Assembly: GCF_965247785.1 (NCBI RefSeq)
Contig: NZ_OZ252036.1
Span: 362,004-426,003, forward strand
Direction of reading: 5' to 3'
Source: Deinococcus sp.
GTDB taxonomy: Bacteria > Deinococcota > Deinococci > Deinococcales > Deinococcaceae
Length of the DNA stretch: 64,000 nucleotides
Positions within the stretch are counted from its first letter, which is position 1. The number at the start of each line of letters is the position of its first letter. The notes below the pieces were generated by a model. That model worked only from the letters and a program-made list of their open reading frames with translations. It ran no database searches and was not told the origin of the DNA. A program made the position numbers and the translations under genes. Below are positions 25,392 through 34,387 of the stretch, one piece after another.

Positions 25392-26597
25392 ATGGACGAC
25401 AACCAGACGCACGACCAGCAGCGGAGCACGCCCACGGCCACCTCGTTCGGACTGGCGCGGCAATCCCAGATTTTCCTGGATGGCCTGAAAGGCGTGCGGC
25501 CCACTCTGCCGGTCGATCCGGCGGCGCTAGAACAGGCGGCTCAGGAGGCCATGACCCCGGAGGCGCGCGGCTACCTGGGCGGCATGCCGGGCACCATGCG
25601 GGCCAACCTGGACGCCTTTGCCGACTGGAACATCGTGCCCCGGATGCTGCGGGGCGTGCAGACCCGCGACCTGGGCACCACCCTGTTCGGCCGCCGCCTG
25701 CCCGCCCCGGTGCTGCTCGCACCCGTCGGGGTGCAGTCGATCGTTCACCCGGACGGCGAGCGCGCCGTGGCCCGCGCCGCCGCCGGCCTCGGTCTGCCGA
25801 TGGTCTTCAGCACCGCGTCGAGTTTCAGCCTGGAAGAGACGGCGGCGGGCATGAGCGACGCGCCGCGCTGGTTTCAACTGTACTGGAGCAAGTCGGCGGC
25901 CTTCAACGCCAGCGTCGTCAGTCGGGCCGAGGCGGCGGGCTGCGGGGCCATCGTGGTCACGCTCGACACCTTCATGCTGGCGTGGCGGCCCCAGGATCTC
26001 CAGAACGCCTATCTGCCGTTCATGCGGGGGCTGGGATTGGCCAACTATTTCAGCGACCCGGCCTTCCGCGCCGAACTGCAAGGGCCGCCGGAACAAGACC
26101 CGCAGGCCGCCGTCAGACACTTTCTGGGCCTCTTCAACAACCCGGCCCTGACCTGGAAAGACCTGAGCTGGCTACGGGAGCGTACCCGGCTGCCGATTCT
26201 GCTCAAAGGTATCCTGCACCCGGACGACGCGCGGCGGGCGCTCGACTGTGGAATAGACGGCCTGGTGGTGTCCAACCACGGCGGGCGTCAGGTCGAGGGA
26301 GCCGTTCCGGCGCTGGGCGCGCTGCCCGCCGTGGTCGAGGCCGTGAAGGGCCGTGTGCCAGTACTGCTCGACAGCGGCGTGCGGCGGGCGTCTGACGTGA
26401 TCAAGGCCCGCGCTCTGGGGGCGCAGGCGGTGCTGCTGGGCCGCCCGTACCTGTGGGGGCTGGCCCTGGGCGGTGAGGCGGGCGTGGCCGAGGTGCTGGG
26501 CAACCTGCTGGCCGACCTCGACCTGACGCTGGGCCTGAGCGGTTACTCCTCGTTTGATGAGTTGGACGCTTCGAGTCTGGTCCGTGCCGGAAGGTAG
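25392..26597 (+). CDS. FMN-dependent alpha-hydroxy-acid oxidase / lactate 2-monooxygenase family
   Basis: 401 aa. VVSNHGGRQ..., PVLLDSGVRRASDVIKARALGA and the N-terminal substrate lid are typical of the LldD / lactate monooxygenase family. Confidence 0.85.
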   Translation: MDDNQTHDQQRSTPTATSFGLARQSQIFLDGLKGVRPTLPVDPAALEQAAQEAMTPEARGYLGGMPGTMRANLDAFADWNIVPRMLRGVQTRDLGTTLFGRRLPAPVLLAPVGVQSIVHPDGERAVARAAAGLGLPMVFSTASSFSLEETAAGMSDAPRWFQLYWSKSAAFNASVVSRAEAAGCGAIVVTLDTFMLAWRPQDLQNAYLPFMRGLGLANYFSDPAFRAELQGPPEQDPQAAVRHFLGLFNNPALTWKDLSWLRERTRLPILLKGILHPDDARRALDCGIDGLVVSNHGGRQVEGAVPALGALPAVVEAVKGRVPVLLDSGVRRASDVIKARALGAQAVLLGRPYLWGLALGGEAGVAEVLGNLLADLDLTLGLSGYSSFDELDASSLVRAGR

Positions 26598-27700
26598 GGC
26601 GAGGCGGGCCGAAACAGGTGGCCGTGCCAGACCCCGTGGGCGGTGCGGGCGGTGACCATGATCCAGAGAATGGCCAGGGAGACGATCAGCAGATGTTTGA
26701 GGTTCGTGAAGAAGACCATATGTGGCAGCGTACCCAGTCCGAACGTGGCGGCGGTGAATACCCCCAGCGGAAAGGTGAAGCCCCACCAGCCGAGATAGAA
26801 CGGCAGGCCGCGCCTCAGGAAACGGAGGGTGGTCAGGGTCGCCAGCGCCAGCCACCAGGCTCCGAATCCCCAGAGCATGACCGCGCCCAGCAGGCCCAGA
26901 CCGACGGCCACCGGGGCCAGTTCGCCCAGACCCTGGGCCTCCAGTACGCGGGGCGCGGCCTCACCGAGTTGCAGCAGCGCCAGAGCGCCGGTCGCCAGCG
27001 GCCCCAGCGGCAGGAACATGCTCACGCCCAGTTCGGCGGGCGGCAGCTTGGACCGGGCCAGGCGCAGCACCAGCACGGTAATGATCATCAGGGCCAGCGG
27101 CAGCGAGAGGGCGAACAGCACGTAACCGGGATACACCAGCGTCTGTGCGGCAGCAATGTCCAGACGCGGCGCGATCAGCCCGGCACTGGCGGCGGCCACC
27201 TCCGAGGCCACCACCGGCAGCAGCCAGAGGGCGGTCATGTTGCTCAGCGCGTGATCCTGGCGGGTGAACATCAGGTACGGCACGAACAGCCCGACGACAG
27301 CCGAAAGGAGCGCGTCGAAGGCCCAGAGGTCGCGGGCCAGCAGCGCCGCGCGCTCGCCCTAATGCGGCACACCGAAGACGATCAAGCCGTTCACAATGGT
27401 GGCCAGCCCCATCGGGACGGCCCCCAGGCACAGGCTCTGGACCGGGTGGCGCAGCGTGGCGATGCACTCGGGCGGGTAGAGCACGATGCGGGCCAGCGAC
27501 ATCAGGGTGAACAGGATAAACAGCGCCATGCTCAGTATCCACAGCCCTTCCCTGATGGCCGCCGTGCCGGGAACAGGCAGTCTGGGCAGCGTCAGCGAGA
27601 GGATGCCCGTGCCCATGCAGGCCATGAACCAGTTGGGCGTAAAGCCCCTGATGACCCCCTCGGGCGCGGTCAGGCATGTGAAGGGATGGAGGATGATCAT
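26543..27700 (-). pseudogene. TDT-family (TehA/Mae1-like C4-dicarboxylate/tellurite) transporter with one in-frame TAG
   Basis: The two track ORFs (27359-27700 and 26543-27283) are in the same frame and collinear: ..GLIVFGVPH*GERAALLARDLWAFDALLSAVVGLFVPYLMFTRQ... A single TAG lies at 27359-27361. It has about 10 TM helices with the WWGFTFPLG motif. Confidence 0.75.
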
Positions 27701-27780
27701 CCTCCAAGGGTAGGTCGGCTCAGATATGAACTCAAATAGGCATTGTTTTCATTCATATCAATTTCCTGCATATCTGCTGG

Positions 27781-28024
27781 AACTCAGTACCGGACAACTT
27801 GAGTTACGTGCCCTCCTGGACGGCATATTCTGGTATCGAGGAAGGTCGGCCTCGCTGCACGGCGCTGGCCACGTCCAATGACAGGGTTCGCGGTAGGCAC
27901 GGCGTTCGCCGCAAACAGGCAAGAAGGGAGGGTCTGCCATCCCTTCTGCCGATCGACTCTTTCGGCATGAAGGAACATTTCCTCTCTCCAGGACAGCAAA
28001 AACTCAAAGGTGTCCGGTACTGAA
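27781..28024. mobile_element. 244-bp MITE-like element with about 24-bp imperfect TIRs and a 7-bp direct flanking repeat
   Basis: Left arm is AACTCAGTACCGGACAACTTGAGTT (27781-27805). Right arm is AACTCAAAGGTGTCCGGTACTGAA (28001-28024). CTGCTGG is present on both flanks (27774-27780 and 28025-28031). It lies 8 nt from the LysR GTG. Confidence 0.5.
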
Positions 28025-28032
28025 CTGCTGGA

Positions 28033-28922
28033 GTGGCGATCAACCCTGAACATCTGCTGACCTTCGTTCGCGTGGCGCAGCTCGGCACCCTGAGCGCGTC
28101 TGCCGCAGAGCTGAACCTGACCCAGCCCGCCGTCTCCAGCCAGATGAAGCTGCTGACCCAAGCGGTGGGCGAGCCACTGCTGGCCCGGCACCGCTCCGGG
28201 GTGCGGCTCACCCCGGCGGGTGAGGGCCTGCTGCCCCACGCGGTGGCCGTGCTGCGGGCGCTGGAGGGAGCCAAGCACTACGCCCGGGGCTGCACGGCCT
28301 GGAACTCGGCGTGCTGAATATCGCCACCAGCAGCACCATCGCCGCCACCCTGCTGCCGGGGGTGCTGGCCGCCCATCACACGCGCTTTCCCCGGGTCTCG
28401 CTGCACGTCCAGCAGGACAACACCGCAGAGGTGATGGGGCCGCTGCTGGCCCAGAAGTGTGAACTGGCCCTGATAGAGGGCCCGCCGAGCAGCCTGCCCA
28501 CCGACCTCCGGCAGCGGGTCTTCCGGCGCGACCGTCTGCGGCTGGTGCTTTCGCCGCAGCATCCGCTGGCGGGCCGGGGCGATCTGAGGCCGTCCGACCT
28601 GAGCGGCCTGGGCGGGGTCTGGCGTGAGCCGGGATCGGGCACCCGCGAGGTGGCGTGGGCCGCGCTGGAGGCCGCCGGTATTCAGACGCGGGAAGTGCTG
28701 ACCCTGACCGGAACCGAAGCGGTGAAGGAGGCGGTGCTGAGTGGCCTGGGGGCGGCCTTCCTGTCGGAACTGAGCGTGAGGCGAGAGGTCGCCTCGGGGC
28801 TCGTGGTCTGCCCGCCGCTGGCCCTGAACGGCCTGGAGCGCGAGCTGAGGGTGGTCAGCGCCCCGGAGGAGCTGTTGTCGCGGGCGGCACAGATGGTGCT
28901 GGAACTGCTGGAGAAGGGGTGA
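28033..28922 (+). pseudogene. LysR-family transcriptional regulator, frameshifted near 28283
   Basis: The HTH part FVRVAQLGTLSASAAELNLTQPAVSSQMKLL is in one frame (stops at 28317). The co-inducer domain (..LHGLELGVLNIATSSTIAATLLPGVLAAHHTRFPRVSLHV..) is in the adjacent frame, so a one-base indel at the CCCGGGG run is implied. Confidence 0.75.
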
Positions 28923-30135
28923 GCGCCCGCACCTTCCGTGGCCGCTCCAGAGCGTATACCGCCAGCCCCGCCAGGACGCCCCAGAAAGCCGCCCCGATGC
29001 CCAGGAACGAGACCCCGGACAGCGTGACGATCAGCACGGCGGGCGCGGCCAGGGTTCCGGCCACCCTGCCGGGCGCGGGTTGCAGGGCCGCCTGGAGCGA
29101 GGAGGCGATGGCCGCCAGTAGCGCCAGCCCCGCCAGCGCCTGCACCGCCTCGGTCGGCAGCAGCGCCATGACGTGCAGAAAGGTACCGGCGAAGCAGCCC
29201 AGGATGACGTTGAACAGCCCGGCGTAGACGGCGGCGGCGTAGCGCCTGCTGGGGTCTGGGTGCGCCTCCGGCCCACTGACGATGTTGGCGAGCAGGGCGG
29301 CCAACGTCAGGTTGTGGCAGCCGACGAAGGCCGCCGCCACCGAGGCCGCGCCGCAGGTCCGGACAATCGGCCCCGGCTCGGGAGCGTAGCCCGCCACCTT
29401 CAGCACCGCGAGGCCCGGCACGAACTGCCCGGTGAAGGCCAGCAGCGTCAGCGGCAGCGCCAGCCCGAAGACCGCCCGCCAGGAAAATTCCGGCAGCACG
29501 AGCTGCGGCTGGGTGAGTGCCAGCGAGACGGGCGCGTGGTGCAACAGACCCAGCAGGCCGCCGGCCGCGATACCCACCAGAAGCACCCCGGCCACCGCCC
29601 AGCGCGGAGCGAGGCGGCGCAGCAGGAAGTAGGCGGCGATCATGGCGCCCACCAGCAGAGGTTTGCCCCCGAACGCCTGCACCAGATGGAACCCGAAGGG
29701 CAACAGGATGGCCGCGTTAAGCGCCCCGGCCAGCGGCGTCGGCAGTTTTCCTATCGCCTCGGTGAGCGGCCGGACGCTGCCCAGCAGCAGCACCAGCAGC
29801 GCGGAGGTCAGGAACGCCCCCACCGCCTCGGCAAAGTGGAACCCCGGCAGCGCGCCAGCGAGAAAGGCGATGCCGGGCGTTGACCAGGTACTCATGATCG
29901 GCAGGCGCGTCCTCAGGCTGAGGTACACGCTCACCAGGCCGCACAGCACGGTGGCCGCCCAGACCCACGAGAGCACGGTGCGGTCGGCCAGGTGGGCACT
30001 CTGGGCCACGGCGTAGATCAGCACGGTGGGGCCGGCGAAGCCCACGATCACCGCCACCAGGCCGCTGAGCACCGCCGAGGCGCTGGAATCACGCCTGAAC
30101 TGACCGAAGTGGGTGGAGAGCGGGAACGGCTGCAT
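28855..30135 (-). CDS. benE: Benzoate membrane transport protein BenE family
   Basis: 426 aa, MQPFPLSTHFGQFRRDSSASAVLSGLVAVIVGFAGPTVLIY..., with 11-12 TM segments. The upstream 400 codons of the track ORF are antisense to the MocR gene and are rejected. Confidence 0.8.
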   Translation of the reverse strand: MQPFPLSTHFGQFRRDSSASAVLSGLVAVIVGFAGPTVLIYAVAQSAHLADRTVLSWVWAATVLCGLVSVYLSLRTRLPIMSTWSTPGIAFLAGALPGFHFAEAVGAFLTSALLVLLLGSVRPLTEAIGKLPTPLAGALNAAILLPFGFHLVQAFGGKPLLVGAMIAAYFLLRRLAPRWAVAGVLLVGIAAGGLLGLLHHAPVSLALTQPQLVLPEFSWRAVFGLALPLTLLAFTGQFVPGLAVLKVAGYAPEPGPIVRTCGAASVAAAFVGCHNLTLAALLANIVSGPEAHPDPSRRYAAAVYAGLFNVILGCFAGTFLHVMALLPTEAVQALAGLALLAAIASSLQAALQPAPGRVAGTLAAPAVLIVTLSGVSFLGIGAAFWGVLAGLAVYALERPRKVRALTPSPAVPAPSVPPATTAPPGR

Positions 30136-30240
30136 GAGTTCAGTCTGAAGCAGGATTGGACTGAAGACCAGAGGCAATTTCGGCAGGATTGGACTGGATA
30201 GTTCAGACCACCCACACCACTGGACTGCTAGACTGGCCGC
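30136..30240. promoter_or_regulatory. Divergent benE/MocR control region with direct repeats (candidate MocR operator)
   Basis: CAGGATTGGACTG occurs at 30151-30163 and 30184-30196, with a third TGGACTG at 30221-30227. GTTCAG(T/A)C is also repeated. MocR/GabR-type regulators typically bind spaced direct repeats. Confidence 0.35.
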
Positions 30241-31662
30241 ATGGACACGCTGCGCTGGTCTTCCCTGCTGGCCCACTGGAATGCCGGGCGCGGGCCGCTC
30301 TACGCCCGGCTCGGCGCGGCCTTCCAGGACTGTATCTCGGGCGGGCACCTGACGCCGGGCGAGCAACTGCCTTCCGAGCGCGGGCTGGCCGACCTGATTC
30401 AGGTCAGCCGCAGCACGGTGGTGGCCGCCTACCAGGAGCTGGCCGCCGGGGGCTGGGTGAGCCGCCATCAGGGCAGCGGAACCCACGTGGCGGCGGGCGC
30501 GCCCCGGCAGAATGGTGTGCTGGCGCTGCGCAGTCCGGTGGGCAGTCCGGTGCGCGGCGACGCGCCCGCGAGCGAACTCGACCTGACTATCGCCGTGCCG
30601 GTGCTGGGAGAGGTGCAGCAGGCGCGGCTGAGGCGGGCCAGTGAAGGGGCGTTCGGCGAGTCGCTGTACCATCCGCTCGGCCTGCCGGACCTGCGGGCCA
30701 CGCTGGCCGAAATGTACGCCCGGCAGGGCCTGCCCACCCGCACGCAGCAGATCGTGGTGACCACCGGGGCTCAGCAGGCCATCTCGCTGATCGCCGGGGC
30801 GATCCTGCGGCGGGGAGACGCCGCCCTGCTGGAAACGCCGACCTACTTCGGGGCCATCGACGTGTTCCGGGCGGCGGGAGCACGGCTGCTGGGGGTGCCG
30901 ATGGAACAGGGCGGAATACAGGTCACTGCCTTCCAGGCGCAGCTCGGGGCCGGGCCACGGCTGGCCTTCCTGACCCCCACCTTTCAGAATCCCACCGGGG
31001 CCGTCATGACCGCCGACACCCGCGCGCGGCTGGCCCGGATGATCGCGGGCGCCAAGCTGCCCACCATCGAAGACGACACGCTGATCGACCTGAGCTTCGT
31101 GGACGGGCCACCGCCGCCCCGCCTCGCCAGCCTTGAGCCGGGCGCCCCGGTGATCTGCGTGGGATCGCTGTCCAAGCTGTTCTGGGCCGGGCTGCGGGTG
31201 GGCTGGATGAGGCTGCCGGAGGCGCTCGCCGCCCCGATCATCCAGGGCAAGACGCTGGCCGACTTCGGTTCCTCGATGCCCAGCCAGGTGATCGCCCTGA
31301 ACCTGCTGCGCGACCTGCCCGCCCTGAGAGACGAACGCCGCCGGGAGGTGTTGCCCGCCCGCGACCTGCTGGTGAGGCTGCTGCGCGAACACCTGCCCGA
31401 CTGGACCTTTCAGGTGCCCTCAGGCGGACAGTTTCTGTGGGCCAGGCTGCCGACCAGAAACGCCACCGGCTTCACTCACCTGGCCCGCCGCTACGGCGTC
31501 CGGCTCTTTCCCGGCGCGTCGATGGCCGTCACCGATCTGCCCGACAGCTTCCTGCGCCTGCCCTTCACGCTGCCCGCCGAGCATCTGCCGGAAGCCACAA
31601 AACGGCTGCGCCTGGCCTGGGACAGCTTCCAGGAGCGTGGCGCGGCGGAGCGGCTGGCGTAG
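30241..31662 (+). CDS. MocR/GabR-type regulator (GntR wHTH fused to a fold-type I aminotransferase-like domain)
   Basis: LPSERGLADLIQVSRSTVVAAYQELAAGGWV is the GntR HTH. It is followed by an aminotransferase-like domain (SLSKLFWAGLRVGW carries the PLP lysine motif). Confidence 0.85.
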   Translation: MDTLRWSSLLAHWNAGRGPLYARLGAAFQDCISGGHLTPGEQLPSERGLADLIQVSRSTVVAAYQELAAGGWVSRHQGSGTHVAAGAPRQNGVLALRSPVGSPVRGDAPASELDLTIAVPVLGEVQQARLRRASEGAFGESLYHPLGLPDLRATLAEMYARQGLPTRTQQIVVTTGAQQAISLIAGAILRRGDAALLETPTYFGAIDVFRAAGARLLGVPMEQGGIQVTAFQAQLGAGPRLAFLTPTFQNPTGAVMTADTRARLARMIAGAKLPTIEDDTLIDLSFVDGPPPPRLASLEPGAPVICVGSLSKLFWAGLRVGWMRLPEALAAPIIQGKTLADFGSSMPSQVIALNLLRDLPALRDERRREVLPARDLLVRLLREHLPDWTFQVPSGGQFLWARLPTRNATGFTHLARRYGVRLFPGASMAVTDLPDSFLRLPFTLPAEHLPEATKRLRLAWDSFQERGAAERLA

Positions 31663-31696
31663 GACGGAGCGGCTGGCGTAGGACGGAGCGGCTGGC
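31647..31696. repeat. 19-bp tandem duplication (2.6 copies) spanning the MocR stop codon
   Basis: GGAGCGGCTGGCGTAGGAC x2 plus GGAGCGGCTGGC. The first copy carries the functional TAG (31660-31662). Confidence 0.9.
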
Positions 31697-31871
31697 GGAG
31701 CGAGGCAATCGGCGCGGTCTGGCCATCAGTTCAACTTGGCCGGCTGACACCCGCTGCTGACGCATTCGCGGTAGCGGTCGTTCAGGAAGTTGCTGCGGGC
31801 GGTCGTCATATCGACCGCGCAGTCTGCGTAGATCACCGCGCCCTGTTTACTGTCGTTGCCGGTGCATTAAG

Positions 31872-31973
31872 GTGACAGACCGGGCCTACGTGCTGGAACT
31901 GGGCCAGCTGGTCAAGGAGGGGCCGAGCGCCGAGCTGCTGGGCGACCCGGAGATTCGGCGGGCGTACCTGGGC
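31872..31973 (+). pseudogene. Remnant of a LivF-type branched-chain amino-acid ABC ATPase (last about 34 codons only)
   Basis: (V)TDRAYVLELGQLVKEGPSAELLGDPEIRRAYLG matches the conserved C-terminus of LivF/BraG proteins. There are no upstream Walker motifs. It runs on into repeat D. Confidence 0.55.
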
Positions 31974-32012
31974 TGGGCGTGTAGGTTTCGTGGTTCCTAT
32001 GGTTCTTGCCGT

Positions 32013-32278
32013 GTGATACAGTGTCGCTCTGATTCCAGGATAGGTGAGAGTCTCGCACACCTTCCCGTCTTCTTGGCCAAAACAGCGTCCGTCTTGGGCA
32101 GAACGGACGCGCTTGAGCACGCCTGCCCGCATGACGACGCCTGGCCGCTTCTTGGCCAGAACAGCGCCGTTGACGACGCCTGGCCGCTTCCATCTCCGCC
32201 AGACCGTCTTTGTTGCGATTCGCGGCCTCCTTGGGCTGGCGCGTTCCGCTCGCCAACACTCCCAGAGTCCTGTGTGGT
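32013..32278. repeat. Mosaic repeat type I (copy D)
   Basis: TGA-TA-CAGTGTCGCTCTGATTCCAGG left module, three hairpin units, and the right module CCGCTTCCATCTCCGCCAGACCGTC...CGCCAACACTCCCAGAGT. Confidence 0.7.
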
Positions 32279-32284
32279 CTTGTC

Positions 32285-32830
32285 TCAGGTCGGGTCGGCC
32301 GATTCCAGCGAGGCCAGCAGGCGGCCGGCCAGTTCTTCCAGCAGGACAAGTTCGGTGTCTCCGAGCGCCCCGAAGATCTGCCGTTCATTTTCCAGGTGGC
32401 GGGGCAGCAACTCGTCGGCCAGCGCCAACCCCTGGCGGCTCAGCCGGACGCGGCTGCTCCGGCGGTCGTGCTCGCTGAGCTGCCGCTCGATCAGGCCCCT
32501 GGCGAGCAGGCGAGCGATGCGGTTGGTGATCGAGGCCCCGCTGATGGCAGTGAGCTGGGCGAGTTCGGTCGGCGTCAGGCCCCCGGGCGGGCTGGATCGC
32601 CGCAGCGTGAGGAGCAGATCCCAGGTGGCCGGATTCAGGCCGGCGGGCGCGTAGGTCCGGTTGACCTGCCGTTCGAGCGCGGCGTGCAGGCGGTCGAGCA
32701 GCAGGTAAGTGAGCATCGGCGAGGGGTCGAGGCCCGGCCTGGCCCGCTGCCAGTCGGCCCGAATCCGCGACAGCAGCGCCCGGGTCGAGATGAACCGGGT
32801 GGAGGTGGGCAAGACAGGTTCCGGAGTCAT
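32285..32830 (-). CDS. hucR: MarR-family urate-responsive repressor, HucR ortholog
   Basis: 181 aa. LLSRIRADWQRA..PMLTYLLLDRLHAALERQVNRTYAPAGLNPATWDLLLTL..PPGGLTPTELAQLTAISGASITNRIARLLARGLIER..DRRSSRVRLSRQG aligns along its length with D. radiodurans HucR as I remember it. Divergent from the uricase operon. Confidence 0.85.
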   Translation of the reverse strand: MTPEPVLPTSTRFISTRALLSRIRADWQRARPGLDPSPMLTYLLLDRLHAALERQVNRTYAPAGLNPATWDLLLTLRRSSPPGGLTPTELAQLTAISGASITNRIARLLARGLIERQLSEHDRRSSRVRLSRQGLALADELLPRHLENERQIFGALGDTELVLLEELAGRLLASLESADPT

Positions 32831-32898
32831 GGGCGGGGCCTCAAGGTGAGCGCAGCCTAACACGGCCTGTTCAGCCCGCCAAAGATGGTCCATACTTT

Positions 32899-32912
32899 CT
32901 TAGACGGCTAAG
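32899..32912. promoter_or_regulatory. Candidate HucR operator (palindrome CTTAGACGGCTAAG)
   Basis: A 5+5 bp perfect inverted repeat in the hucR/uraD divergent intergenic region. HucR is known to bind a pseudopalindrome in the shared promoter. Confidence 0.55.
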
Positions 32913-32972
32913 CATCTGCCGGACGGGGCGGCGCAGTTGCAGGTAAACTGAACCGAGCATCGGGAGGAGACC

Positions 32973-33518
32973 ATGCCTACTGCACTCAGCCTGAACGAAC
33001 TGAATGCCCTGCCGGAAGCCGAATTCCTGGAGCGCTTCGGCGGAGTGCTGGAACATTCGCCGCGTTACGCCGAGGCGGTGGTGGCGGGCCGCCCGTACAC
33101 CAGCGCTGAGGCGGTGGCCGGGGCCTTCTACCGGGCGGCCATGGGGGACGACCAGCACGCCCAGCTCGCCCTGATCCGGGCACACCCCGACCTGGCGGGC
33201 AAGGCCGCACTCGCGGGCGAACTCACGGCGGAGTCGGCGGGCGAGCAGGCGTCGGCGGGACTCGACCGGCTGACGCCCGGCGAATACGCCGAGTTTCACC
33301 GGCTGAACGCGGCGTACCATGAAAAGTTCGAGATGCCCTACGTGGTGTGCGTGCGTGAACACGGCAAAGCGGGCATCCTGGCGGGGGCCGCCGAGCGGCT
33401 GGGCCACACTCCAGAGCAGGAGCGACAACGCGCCCTCTACGAGATCGGGCGGATCGCGCGGCTGCGGGTGCTGGACTTGATCGGGCCGGATGTGGAATCA
33501 GATCGGGGGAACGCATGA
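32973..33518 (+). CDS. uraD: 2-oxo-4-hydroxy-4-carboxy-5-ureidoimidazoline (OHCU) decarboxylase
   Basis: LNALPEAEFLERFGGVLEHSPRYAE...LIRAHPDLAGKAA...EYAEFHRLNAAYHEKFEMPYVVCV are OHCU decarboxylase signatures. Confidence 0.9.
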   Translation: MPTALSLNELNALPEAEFLERFGGVLEHSPRYAEAVVAGRPYTSAEAVAGAFYRAAMGDDQHAQLALIRAHPDLAGKAALAGELTAESAGEQASAGLDRLTPGEYAEFHRLNAAYHEKFEMPYVVCVREHGKAGILAGAAERLGHTPEQERQRALYEIGRIARLRVLDLIGPDVESDRGNA

Positions 33519-34387
33519 CGGGAGCGAAGGTGAAGGTGATGCTGGGCCAGAACAGCTACGGCAAGGCCGATGTGCGGCTGTTCAAGGTGTTCCGCAGCGC
33601 GGCGCGGCATGAAGTGAAGGACGTGTGGGTGAACGTGGCGATGGAGGGCGATTTCGCGGCGGCGCACACGGTGGGCGACAATACCGGGCTGCTGGCCACC
33701 GATACGGTTCGGAACACCATCTACGCGCTGGCCGAAGAGGGCCTGACTTCCAGCGTCGAGGAGTACGGCAAGACGCTGATCCGGCATTTCGTGAAGGCGG
33801 GGCCGAAGGTGAGCCGGGTGCGCGTTGGGTTCACCGAGCACTTGTGGCAGCGCCTCGAATCGGGCGGGCAGGAACACGATCACGCCTTCTCGCGCCTGAT
33901 GCCCAAGCACACCGCCTGGGTGGAGGGCGACGGTCAGACGTTCACCGTCACCTCCGGCATCGAAGAGCTGTTCATCTTGAAGACCACCCAGAGCGGCTGG
34001 GAGGGCTTTCTGCGCGAGCAGTTCACCACCCTGCAAGGCACCCACGACCGCATCCTGGCGACGGTGGTCACCGCCAGGTGGGAGTATCTGCTGGGAGAAG
34101 TCGATTACGACGCCCTCTGGCAGCGCGTCTATGACACGCTCCTGAGGACGTTCGGCGACCACTATTCGCCCAGCATGCAGAACACCCTGTACCGCATGGG
34201 CGAGGCCATCCTCAGCGCCTGCCCGGAACTCGCCCGGATTCACTTCTCGTTCCCCAACCGCCACCACATCCCGTATAACCTGGAACGCTTCGGGGAGACC
34301 AACGCGGGCACCATCTTCCACGCCGACGCCGAGCCTTATGGGCTGATTGAGGGCTGGGTGCAGCGGGTGGACGAGGCCGGGGCGTGA
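33515..34387 (+). CDS. uox: Urate oxidase (cofactor-independent uricase)
   Basis: 290 aa. LGQNSYGKADVRLFKV...TDTVRNTIYALA...FSFPNRHH are tunnelling-fold uricase motifs. ATGA overlap with uraD. Confidence 0.95.
   Translation: MTGAKVKVMLGQNSYGKADVRLFKVFRSAARHEVKDVWVNVAMEGDFAAAHTVGDNTGLLATDTVRNTIYALAEEGLTSSVEEYGKTLIRHFVKAGPKVSRVRVGFTEHLWQRLESGGQEHDHAFSRLMPKHTAWVEGDGQTFTVTSGIEELFILKTTQSGWEGFLREQFTTLQGTHDRILATVVTARWEYLLGEVDYDALWQRVYDTLLRTFGDHYSPSMQNTLYRMGEAILSACPELARIHFSFPNRHHIPYNLERFGETNAGTIFHADAEPYGLIEGWVQRVDEAGA

Noticed and set aside
26543-26597. A 55-bp convergent overlap between the lactate-monooxygenase-like gene and the TDT pseudogene, and a 68-bp overlap between LysR and BenE (28855-28922), considered as possible antisense regulation.
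   Set aside because: In both cases one partner is a pseudogene, and C-terminal tails are poorly conserved. The overlaps most likely reflect late stop codons in GC-rich sequence rather than a regulatory design.
27359-27361. The in-frame TAG in the TDT transporter as programmed readthrough or pyrrolysine recoding.
   Set aside because: No pyl genes or PYLIS-like context are visible, and this lineage is not known to use such recoding. A nonsense mutation or a base-call error is the simpler explanation.
30136-31392. The N-terminal roughly 420 codons of track ORF 28855-31392 (-), which would make BenE an 845-aa protein.
   Set aside because: That portion is antisense to the MocR gene and has shadow-ORF composition. 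The BenE homology starts at MQPFPLS (ATG at 30135).
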